A DNA stretch of 64,000 nt from Elusimicrobiota bacterium (lineage in GTDB: Bacteria; Elusimicrobiota; Elusimicrobia; UBA1565; UBA9628). The notes beneath the pieces are model-generated. The model saw nothing but the letters and a program-made list of their open reading frames with translations, searched no databases and was not told the origin of the DNA. The stretch's first letter is position 1, and each line of letters begins with the position of its first letter. The DNA lies in assembly GCA_030696455.1 (NCBI GenBank), contig JAUYSH010000120.1, positions 42,317 through 106,316 of the forward strand. The letters run 5' to 3'. Made by a program: the position numbers and the translations under genes. Positions 18,231-25,860 of this stretch are shown here, piece by piece.

Positions 18231-19495
18231 GAGGGGCTTGATCGAGAATACGCGCGGGCGCCGGAGCGAAGAACGAAGCCCCCGGCCAGCACGGCGACGC
18301 AAGCGGCGACCTGCAGCCAGCCCCCCTGGGCGCCGAGCCAGAGGGTCGCCGCGATCCCGGCGACGGGGATCGCCGCGCCCTGCAGCGCGCCCGGGCCGCC
18401 CTTGGAGCGCCGCAGGCGGCGGCTCAGGACGACGGCGCAGGTCGACAGGAACTGGGCGCCGATGACGACGTTGGAGAAATCCACGAGCCCGTCGAAATCG
18501 AGCAGGAGCGCGGCGGCCAACGCGCTGCCGGTCGACCAGGCGATCGACGACGAGGGCGTCGCGAAGCGGGGATGGGGCGCGGCGAGGCTCTTGGGAAGAT
18601 GCCCCTCTTCGGCCAGGGCCACCAGGTAGCGCGGGCCGCCCAAGGCCGAGCCGGCCACGAAGCCGGTCATCGAGACCACGGCCCCGCCCATGACGAAGGT
18701 CCCGCCCCACGGGCCCATCAAGGCCGCCGCGGCGTCGGCCAGCGGGCGCTCGGAGAGAGCCAGCTCCGGAACCAAGGACAGCGCCGCGATCTGCACGAGG
18801 ACATAGAGGACGGCGGAGCCGACGAGCGCGGCCAGCACGGCGAAGGGCACGTCGCGCTTGGGGTCCTTGGCCTCGCCGGCGGGAACGGGGACGGTCTCGA
18901 AGCCTTGAAAGGCGAAGTAGGCCAGGAAGCACGCGGCCCCGAGCGGGCGCCAGCCCTCCGGCGGCGCCTCCGGGCGCCACGCGGGCAGCGCGTGCAGGCC
19001 GGCCAGGGCGATCAGGCCGATCGGGATGAGCTTGGCGACCGTGAAGAGATCCGTGGTCCAGGCGCCCAGGCGCACCCCGCGCCAGTTCAGGGCGCCGAAG
19101 CCGCCGATCGCGAGGCAGGCGATGGCCTTCCCGAGCTCCGGACGCCCCGTCGCCCAGGGCAGGTACGAGGCGATGCCGTTGGCGACCGCAGCCCAGGCCA
19201 CCACCATCGTGACCCAGCACAGCCAGCCGATGGCGAAGCCCCAGCCTGGCCCGAACTCGGCATGGGCGTAGAGCGCGGGCCCGCCGGGCCCGTCGTGCTC
19301 CGAGGCGGCCTCCGCGAAGCACAGCGCCACCGGAGCCAGCAGCAAGGCGGTCAGGGCGAAGGCCAAGGGCGAGGCCGAGCCGAGATGGCCGGCGAGGCGG
19401 CCGGGGAAGAGGAAGATGCTCGAGCCGACCACGGCGTTGACGCCGAGGCAGACCAGGTCGAAGCGCGTCAGCTGGCGGCGGGCAGGGGGCGTCAC
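18227..19495 (-). CDS. APC-family amino acid permease
   Basis: LGVNAVVGSSIFLFPG, FAEAAS, FAFQGFE, P.RDVP; about 12 TM; GTG start overlapping the upstream stop. Confidence 0.92.
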   Translation of the reverse strand: MTPPARRQLTRFDLVCLGVNAVVGSSIFLFPGRLAGHLGSASPLAFALTALLLAPVALCFAEAASEHDGPGGPALYAHAEFGPGWGFAIGWLCWVTMVVAWAAVANGIASYLPWATGRPELGKAIACLAIGGFGALNWRGVRLGAWTTDLFTVAKLIPIGLIALAGLHALPAWRPEAPPEGWRPLGAACFLAYFAFQGFETVPVPAGEAKDPKRDVPFAVLAALVGSAVLYVLVQIAALSLVPELALSERPLADAAAALMGPWGGTFVMGGAVVSMTGFVAGSALGGPRYLVALAEEGHLPKSLAAPHPRFATPSSSIAWSTGSALAAALLLDFDGLVDFSNVVIGAQFLSTCAVVLSRRLRRSKGGPGALQGAAIPVAGIAATLWLGAQGGWLQVAACVAVLAGGFVLRSGARAYSRSSPS

Positions 19496-20274
19496 GGCTT
19501 GGCGTCCGCGGAGAGGAGGATCTTCGTGCCGATGAAGCTGCGCATATAGAGACGGCTCGCCGCGGCCCGCGGCAAAGAGAGGCACAGGTGCGGGAAGGCC
19601 TCATGCTCGGGCGCCTTGAGGGGCGGCCCGTGCAGCACGAGCCCCTCCTTCGTGAACAGCACGAATTCGCCCAGGGCGTTGGCGCGCACGGAGGTGCCGG
19701 CCTGAGGCGGCTCCCACTGCAGCAGCCCGCCGACCTCGGCGGATCTCGGGCGCTCGGTGGCGGCGAAGCGCTCCTTGCTGACGATCACCGCGGCGCGGGG
19801 CAGGGGGCGCGCCGGCGCGCCCACGGCGCGCGCCCGGGCGCCTTCGAGGGGGCGGGATTCGACGGTCTGATCTCCGCTCATCAAATTAAGCCTGTCGGAA
19901 TCCTCATCGACCCGGACCCAGAAGGTCATGATCTCGAGCTGCTTCTCGAGGAGGCGCTTCTCCTCGGACAGAGCCAGCCCCCCCTCGAACAGGGCCTTGC
20001 GCGCGCGCGACAAGGTCGTGGCACTCGCCTTCGCCCGCGCGAAATCACGGGACACCAGGGCGTTGAGCGCCTGGCGCTCCGCCAGGTCCAGTTCGAGGTC
20101 CTCGCGCGCGACCGACAGCGAGACGCGCTCGTCCGCCGCCCGCTCGACGTGCGAAGACACCCAGCGGCCCGCCAGCCAAAGCCCGGCGAGCACGGCGGCT
20201 CCGGCGGCGGCGAGCTCCAGGGCGCCGACGCGGCGGTCGAGCGAGCGCAGCTTGGCCTCGAGGGGTCCGTTCAT
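19492..20274 (-). CDS. Divergent L,D-transpeptidase (YkuD)-like protein with TM and coiled coil
   Basis: NALGEFVLF..LVLHGP..FPHLCLSL..LY..GTKI parallels the catalytic region of the adjacent gene. Confidence 0.65.
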   Translation of the reverse strand: MNGPLEAKLRSLDRRVGALELAAAGAAVLAGLWLAGRWVSSHVERAADERVSLSVAREDLELDLAERQALNALVSRDFARAKASATTLSRARKALFEGGLALSEEKRLLEKQLEIMTFWVRVDEDSDRLNLMSGDQTVESRPLEGARARAVGAPARPLPRAAVIVSKERFAATERPRSAEVGGLLQWEPPQAGTSVRANALGEFVLFTKEGLVLHGPPLKAPEHEAFPHLCLSLPRAAASRLYMRSFIGTKILLSADAKP

Positions 20275-21047
20275 TCGAAGATGAACACCCGCGTTCCGTT
20301 CGGCACGGACGCATACAGCCTCTCGAGGTCCGCCGCGCCCACGCGCACGCAGCCGTGCGAGGCGGGGCGTCCGAGCAGCTCCTCGCGCTTGGTCCCGTGG
20401 ATCAGGTAGCCGTCGCCCAGGTTCATCACGAAGGCCCCGAGCTCTCCGGACACCATTCGCGAGGGGTCTCCCGGCGGGGGCACCGGCTCACCGGCCTCCA
20501 CATAGGCCCAGTCGGGCTTGCGCCACAGAGGGTTGACCGCCTTGCCGATGACGCGGAACTCGCCCCGCGGCGTGACGAACTCCCACTTGCGGCCGCTCTT
20601 GGCGTCCTTGAGGACTCCGCCCCGTCCGACCGAGACGTCGGCCTGCCAAAGCAGCCGTGCGCCCTTCTTGACGTAGAGCTTGTTGGCCTTCGCGTCGATG
20701 ACGAGGTGCGAAACGCCCTTCAGGCGCTTGGCGACCTTCGCGCGCAGCAGGCCGACCTCCCCTTCGATGGCCTTCTGAGTCCTCAGGTAGCCCTTATCCT
20801 CGGGAAGAATATTGGGGATGTCCTGAAGGAAGCGCGCGTCGCCCGCCCGCTCCCCGGATTCCCGCACCAGCTCCCCCAGCCGGCGCGCGCCCTCGTCGAG
20901 CGCGCGGGACTCGTCCTCGAGCCGCTGCGCCTCGCGCGCCAGGGCCGCCCCGTCGCGGGAGAGCGCGCACGCCCGCCAGCCGAACGCGCCGGTCCAGAGG
21001 ACCAGCGCCAGGGGGTAGAGCGTCCGTCCGAAGGGGACCTCGCTCAC
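20271..21047 (-). CDS. L,D-transpeptidase (YkuD family)
   Basis: TPRGEF, YLIHGT, ASHGCVR, VPNGTRVFI; N-terminal TM. GTG start at 21047 inferred. Confidence 0.9.
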   Translation of the reverse strand: MSEVPFGRTLYPLALVLWTGAFGWRACALSRDGAALAREAQRLEDESRALDEGARRLGELVRESGERAGDARFLQDIPNILPEDKGYLRTQKAIEGEVGLLRAKVAKRLKGVSHLVIDAKANKLYVKKGARLLWQADVSVGRGGVLKDAKSGRKWEFVTPRGEFRVIGKAVNPLWRKPDWAYVEAGEPVPPPGDPSRMVSGELGAFVMNLGDGYLIHGTKREELLGRPASHGCVRVGAADLERLYASVPNGTRVFIFE

Positions 21048-21580
21048 GGGAGCGGGAGCTCGTCGACGGGAACGTCGGTGGCGGTGGCGCGGGGCGCGCG
21101 GCGCTCGGCGGCCAGGGGCGAAAGGGCGCGGCTCGCGGCCTCGGCGACCTCGGCGGCTCCGGCGAAGGCGTCGCCGCGGGGGTGCGCGGCGGAACGGAGC
21201 ACGGCGTCCCCGGTGCGGGCGTCGAGCGCGGAGACCTCGAGCGAGCGCCACGACGGGTCGAGGGAGAGGAAGACGACCGCGTCCGCGCCGGTCGCGCGGC
21301 GGATCTCGTCGAGCAGGCGCGGGTTGCGCGCCGCCTCGAGCCCGATGGCCGAGCCGGCCAGGACGCTGTCGGACTCCTCGAGGGCGGAAGCGCTCAGGCC
21401 CAGGCCCTCGAGACGGGAGACGAGCTCGCGCGAGATCTCCACGCCCTTGCCGCGCGCGCCGCGCGTGGCGGCGACGGCGACGTTCCGGGCCCGGAAGGAA
21501 GGCGCGCGGGAAAGCTCCTCCCGGCGGTCGCCGAGGCCGCAGCCGGCGAGCAGGAGAAGCGGCAAGAGGAACCGCCTCAT
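21044..21580 (-). CDS. Hypothetical lipoprotein
   Basis: MRRFLLPLLLLAGC lipobox; coupled to the downstream gene. Confidence 0.75.
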   Translation of the reverse strand: MRRFLLPLLLLAGCGLGDRREELSRAPSFRARNVAVAATRGARGKGVEISRELVSRLEGLGLSASALEESDSVLAGSAIGLEAARNPRLLDEIRRATGADAVVFLSLDPSWRSLEVSALDARTGDAVLRSAAHPRGDAFAGAAEVAEAASRALSPLAAERRAPRATATDVPVDELPLP

Positions 21581-21587
21581 CCGGCCG

Positions 21588-22100
21588 CTACCAGCCGTCG
21601 TTGTCGTCGTCTTCGTGGCCTTTGCCCTTCTTGCCGCCCTTGCCGCCGAAGCCGCCCTTCTTCTCGAAGCCCTCGCCGCGGGGCTTCTTCTTGTTGTCGT
21701 AGCGGTTCTTGCGGTCGGAGAAGGCCTTGCTGTCCGCGCCGAAGTTGGGGTTGCGCTCGCCGAAGCCGCCGCCGGAAGGACGGGGTGCGCCGCCGCCGCC
21801 GGGGGCGCCGCCGAAGGCGGGGCGGGGCGGGTAGCCGCCGGCCGGGCGCGGCTCCATCGGGCGGGCCTCGTTGACCATGATGCGGCGCGTGCCCAGGCTG
21901 AAATTGTTGTACTTGAGAAGAGCGGCCTGGGCCTGCTCGTCGGTCGTCATCTCGACGAAGCCGAAGCCCTTCGAGCGGTTGGTGGCCTTGTCGATGATCA
22001 CCTTCGCGCTCACCACGACCCCGCACGCGGCGAACAGCTCCTTCAGCTGGGCATCATTCGTCTCATACGGCAGGCCGCCCACGAACAGCTTCTTACCCAT
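21588..22100 (-). CDS. RRM RNA-binding protein with Gly/Lys-rich tail
   Basis: RNP2 KLFVGGL, RNP1 KGFGFVEM, VNEARP. Confidence 0.95.
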   Translation of the reverse strand: MGKKLFVGGLPYETNDAQLKELFAACGVVVSAKVIIDKATNRSKGFGFVEMTTDEQAQAALLKYNNFSLGTRRIMVNEARPMEPRPAGGYPPRPAFGGAPGGGGAPRPSGGGFGERNPNFGADSKAFSDRKNRYDNKKKPRGEGFEKKGGFGGKGGKKGKGHEDDDNDGW

Positions 22101-22147
22101 TATCGGTTAGTCTCCTTGCGCTTTGACCGTCGACAAATTATACACCA

Positions 22148-22531
22148 TCATCCCCGCCCCAGGGCTATCCAACCGAGGGCGGCCAGGGCCTGGGATAGGG
22201 CCGTGCCGTACAGCGGCACGTAGGCGATCCAGGCGCGGTCGCCGCTTTTCATCCAGGCCCGGGCCCAGCGGGTCGAGGGCACCTTGTCGATCCAGGCCGC
22301 TCCCCTGCGTATCTCCGGCTCGCCGTACCTCGCGAGCGCGAAGCACGCCAGGCCCACCGCGGCCTTGCCCAGAACAAGCGCGTTGACGATCCCGATGCGC
22401 GCCATCAACGCCCGCATGACCGGGTTGCCCTCGAGCGACAGGTCCCCGCCCATCCCTGACATGGTCCAGCGCATGTCGGCGAGCGCGGCGGCGCAGTAGA
22501 AGACGGCGCCGAGGGCCAGGGCTTTTTTCAT
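22148..22531 (-). CDS. Hypothetical membrane protein (DUF5658-like)
   Basis: Three hydrophobic segments; D..T and EGNPVM motif; ATGA overlap with the RES gene stop. Confidence 0.6.
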   Translation of the reverse strand: MKKALALGAVFYCAAALADMRWTMSGMGGDLSLEGNPVMRALMARIGIVNALVLGKAAVGLACFALARYGEPEIRRGAAWIDKVPSTRWARAWMKSGDRAWIAYVPLYGTALSQALAALGWIALGRG

Positions 22532-23043
22532 TCCCCCACGGGGCCGACGGCATCCACTTCTATCAGGCAGCCTTCCGCCAGGTTGTTCACGAAGACGACC
22601 AGATTGACGCCGCTCCCGGCGGCCGAAGGGACCAAGAGCCCTTGGAATCCGGCCTTTCGGGCCTGATGACTGACGGCTTGGGTGAGGGAGCAGTCCGGCG
22701 AAATCAACGCCTCCTTCGAGAGGCCCAGCTTGGCCAGGACAACCGCTTGCGTCAGATCGAGTACCTTCTGAAGCTTGACCTTGATCTTGCCGGCGGCAAG
22801 ACCTCCTTGCAAATCGGCGCGGGCGGCATGCCGTCCGAGTTCCCGGATCGCCAGGTCCCTCTCAAGAGAGGTATAGAGAATTCCCGTCTCTCCGGCGGCA
22901 TGGTAGCGGCCGGGGTAATAACGATTCCCCTCGGTCGACAGGATTTTGTCGCGCAATGCCCCGGGGACGACCCGATAGACCGAATCCGAAAAGGATATCG
23001 AGCCAAGGCCTGCGATCGCCGCGAGGTTGGGACGGGCCGGCAT
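22528..23043 (-). CDS. RES-domain toxin
   Basis: VYR, PGRY, LYTS...AIRE, GLLVPSAA, NLVVF: the R-E-S catalytic pattern. Confidence 0.9.
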   Translation of the reverse strand: MPARPNLAAIAGLGSISFSDSVYRVVPGALRDKILSTEGNRYYPGRYHAAGETGILYTSLERDLAIRELGRHAARADLQGGLAAGKIKVKLQKVLDLTQAVVLAKLGLSKEALISPDCSLTQAVSHQARKAGFQGLLVPSAAGSGVNLVVFVNNLAEGCLIEVDAVGPVGE

Positions 23044-23394
23044 TTAGGAGTAGATTCCCCATTCCAGCATGCCGAGGACGTTTCGCACCTGGTCCAGTTC
23101 GCCGCGGCTCAGCAGGTCCGCCGGGCGCTCGCCCCCCAAAGTCTCGTTGGGCGATTGGAACCAGGGCTTCAGGGCGGCCTTCTTGAGCAGCCGCGCCGCC
23201 AGTTGGTAGATAGCCTCCAGCTTCTCCAGAGCGCGCAGCCCTCCCTCGTTGGGATGGGCGCTGCCCTCTTGCCACCGCTGAACGGTCTTGGGGTTCACGG
23301 CCAGGCAGGATGCCAGTATATTCGAGTCGAGGCCCAGCGCTTCGCAATGCTTCAGGATCTGCTTGGGCTGCGTTCTCTCCAGGACTTTGGCCAT
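23044..23394 (-). CDS. Xre/MbcA/ParS-type antitoxin
   Basis: HTH (LAVNPKTVQRW); C-terminal WFQSPNETLGGERPADLL...GIYS; SD GGAGGA before ATG 23394. Confidence 0.9.
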   Translation of the reverse strand: MAKVLERTQPKQILKHCEALGLDSNILASCLAVNPKTVQRWQEGSAHPNEGGLRALEKLEAIYQLAARLLKKAALKPWFQSPNETLGGERPADLLSRGELDQVRNVLGMLEWGIYS

Positions 23395-23413
23395 AAATCC
23401 TCCGCTCGTTTTT

Positions 23414-23452
23414 AGTATAGCGGGCCGATGGACATTTGTCAAGACAAATGTC
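23414..23452 (-). promoter_or_regulatory. Sigma70 promoter and operator of the TA operon
   Basis: TTGACA (23442-23437)-17 nt-TATACT (23419-23414); perfect inverted repeat GACATTTGTC-AA-GACAAATGTC (23431-23452) over the -35 box. Confidence 0.85.
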
Positions 23453-23467
23453 TAATGGCGAAGCCTC

Positions 23468-24874
23468 TTACCGCAGCCGGACCTCGGCCCCGCCCGCTCC
23501 CGCCGAAAATTGCGGGGATTGGGTGCGATTGACGCGGTTGGCTTCGTCGGCGACCTTAGGTGAGAGATAGTCGTGGAGGCCCTGGGCGGTGACTCGGCCC
23601 TGGGCATCGGCGGCCGCGCCGTCCAGGCCCTTCAGGAAGTAATAGGTGAATAAGCCGTGCCCCTGGGAGTCGAAAGTTCCCGAGATCTGATTGCCGCCCG
23701 AGGCCGTGAAGACCACGAGCTTGCCGAGGTTCGCCGCCGAGCCCAGGTCGACCTTGTTGACCAGGGGCCGGGTCCCCTTCTGCAGGACGGATCTTCCGCC
23801 CGCGCCGGAAAAACAGGAGTCCAGGGCCACGAGAACCCTCTTCGCTTTGAGCGCGTTCAGGCTTGCGTAGAGGCGCTTCAGCGGGTAGGCCGTGCGCGAG
23901 AGGTAGGCGGGATCGCCGTCCCACGGCACGAGGTAGGCCTGGCCCGACTCGGGGTCGGGCGCGCCATGCCCGGAAAAATAAACGAAGACGGTCCCGTTCG
24001 TGTTGACGTTCTTCGGCAGCCAATCCTCGAGGTAAGCCTCGAGGGAGGACCGCACGGCGCGGCTGCCTTGCAGCAGCTTGATATTGCGCTCAGGATAGCC
24101 CATCGCGAGCAAGTGGGCCTTCATGGACTGAGCGTCGCGCTCCGCGAATTGAGCATCCGGAAGCTCGTTCGAGTACTTCTCCACGCCGATGACTAACGCG
24201 AAGTTGTCCGGGTTCTCGGGCAGCTTAAAGCGGGGCTCATCCACCCTCGAAGCCGGGGTAGCGGGCGCAGCCTCGGGTTTCTTCGCTTCGGAGGCCTCCC
24301 GCAAGGTCTCGAGCATGAGCCGCTTCATCTCTTCCTTATCGAGGCCGCCGGAAGGGGCGGCCGAGGCGACGGCCGCGCCCCGGACCCTCCTCGGCTCGAG
24401 CGCGAATTCGGCGACCTTCGGCGAGGCCGCTAGCTTGGCGGCGAGATGCGGGGCGATGCTGTTCGCGATCCACTCCTGGTAGCCGCTTCCGGACATCCTG
24501 TTGCCGATGGCCCCGCCGTTCAAGTCCACGGTCTCGATCTTCTTTCCGTCGGCGGTCAATCGCAGAGAAGTGAAATACGTCCCGCCGTCCTTCGTCTCGA
24601 CGCTCAAATCGAGGAGGGCGTCGGAGGCGGCCAGGTCAGCCGAAAGGTGAAATCCGGACTCGATCAAAGCCGCCTCTATTGCCGCGCGCAGCGGCGCGGT
24701 CAGCGCGTGGTTGACCGGATTCGTCACGGAACGAAGATGGAGTTTGAGCCCTTGTACGGATACGGGAGCCATGATCAGAGGTGGCTTGGGAGGGATCGGT
24801 GTGACGCAGCCGCTCAGCGTCGCCGCTACCGCGAGCAGGGATAGGGTGAATCTCTGAGAACCAGTGGTTATCAA
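23468..24874 (-). CDS. Caspase-family (peptidase C14) lipoprotein
   Basis: Lipobox LSGC; FALVIGVEKY, YFSGHG, LDSCFSG dyad, HGLFTYYFLKGL, QSP. Confidence 0.9.
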   Translation of the reverse strand: MITTGSQRFTLSLLAVAATLSGCVTPIPPKPPLIMAPVSVQGLKLHLRSVTNPVNHALTAPLRAAIEAALIESGFHLSADLAASDALLDLSVETKDGGTYFTSLRLTADGKKIETVDLNGGAIGNRMSGSGYQEWIANSIAPHLAAKLAASPKVAEFALEPRRVRGAAVASAAPSGGLDKEEMKRLMLETLREASEAKKPEAAPATPASRVDEPRFKLPENPDNFALVIGVEKYSNELPDAQFAERDAQSMKAHLLAMGYPERNIKLLQGSRAVRSSLEAYLEDWLPKNVNTNGTVFVYFSGHGAPDPESGQAYLVPWDGDPAYLSRTAYPLKRLYASLNALKAKRVLVALDSCFSGAGGRSVLQKGTRPLVNKVDLGSAANLGKLVVFTASGGNQISGTFDSQGHGLFTYYFLKGLDGAAADAQGRVTAQGLHDYLSPKVADEANRVNRTQSPQFSAGAGGAEVRLR

Positions 24875-24886
24875 AGGTAGGGCGGT

Positions 24887-25339
24887 CTACTTCGGGCTCA
24901 TGAGCCCCGGAACGACGGGGTTCTGCTTGCCGAACAGCTCGAGGACGACGGGATCGGCCTTGGGGGCCTTGTTCACGAAGCCGCGCAGCTCCTCTGGCAC
25001 GAGCTCGGGCGCCTGGAAGACGGCGTGGTCGTGGGTCAGCTGGGAGTCGAGAGAGGTCAGGTCCCCGGCGACGGACGGCGTGGGCACCATGCGGATCGTG
25101 TCCCACGGGCAGTCTTTGGCGCACAGGTTGCAGCCGATGCAGATATCGTAGTTGACGTAGACGCCCTTGGCCGCGGGCTCGTCGTCGCCGAACTTTTCGA
25201 TGCACGACGGGACGGGGCAGACGGCGATGCAGACCTCGCAGCCGGTGCAGGCGTCGAGGTTGATGAGCGCCTTGATCTTGGCCTTGGACGCGCCCTTGAC
25301 GAGGGCGGCGCGGCGCGAGTCGTTCTGAGGAGCGGGCAT
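24887..25339 (-). CDS. 2x[4Fe-4S] ferredoxin-like protein
   Basis: CTGCEVCIAVCP and CIGCNLCAKDCP. Confidence 0.9.
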   Translation of the reverse strand: MPAPQNDSRRAALVKGASKAKIKALINLDACTGCEVCIAVCPVPSCIEKFGDDEPAAKGVYVNYDICIGCNLCAKDCPWDTIRMVPTPSVAGDLTSLDSQLTHDHAVFQAPELVPEELRGFVNKAPKADPVVLELFGKQNPVVPGLMSPK

Positions 25340-25815
25340 TATTTCACGGCCTCCAGGATGGCTTCGGCGTGGCCGGCGACGGACACCTTGCGCGCGGCCT
25401 GCATGATCCGGCCCGTGGGCCCGATCACGAAGGTCGAGCGCACGACGCCCATGAACTTGCGGCCGTAAAGGGTCTTCTCCTGCCAGACGCCGTAGGCGCG
25501 GCAGATGTCCTTGTCCTCGTCGACCAGCAGCGGGAAGGGCAGGCCGTGCTTGGCCTTGAAGCCGGCGTGGGACTTGGCCGCGTCGGGGCTCACGCCGAGG
25601 ATGCGCGCGCCTTTCTTGACGAAGGCGTCGTAATGGTCGCGGAAGTCGCAGGCCTCGGCCGTGCAGCCCGAGGTGTTGTCCTTCGGATAAAAATAGAGCA
25701 CCACCGTCTTGCCCTTCAAGGCCTTGAGCGACCAGGTGCGCCCGGTCTCATCCTGCGCGGAGAAATTGGGGGCCCTATCGCCGGCGGCGACGGCCTTCGC
25801 TTTGATCACGGACAC
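25339..25815 (-). CDS. bcp: Peroxiredoxin BCP/PrxQ
   Basis: YFYPKDNTSGCTAEACDFRD, GVSPD, RSTFVI; GTG start at 25815. Confidence 0.95.
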   Translation of the reverse strand: MSVIKAKAVAAGDRAPNFSAQDETGRTWSLKALKGKTVVLYFYPKDNTSGCTAEACDFRDHYDAFVKKGARILGVSPDAAKSHAGFKAKHGLPFPLLVDEDKDICRAYGVWQEKTLYGRKFMGVVRSTFVIGPTGRIMQAARKVSVAGHAEAILEAVK

Positions 25816-25821
25816 CCGTTG

Positions 25822-25851
25822 ATTGTAACAGGAATGGCCGGGGGCGGTCAA
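25822..25851 (-). promoter_or_regulatory. Promoter for apparently leaderless bcp
   Basis: TTGACC (25851-25846)-18 nt-TACAAT (25827-25822) with TGn extension, 6 nt before GTG. Confidence 0.65.
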
Positions 25852-25860
25852 ACGCCGGCG

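Noticed and set aside
23395..23442. TTG start of the antitoxin at 23442
   Set aside because: That TTG is the -35 box; an SD-preceded ATG lies at 23394.
22528..24874. Mobile element or prophage around the TA module
   Set aside because: No integrase, transposase, terminal repeats or tRNA target seen.
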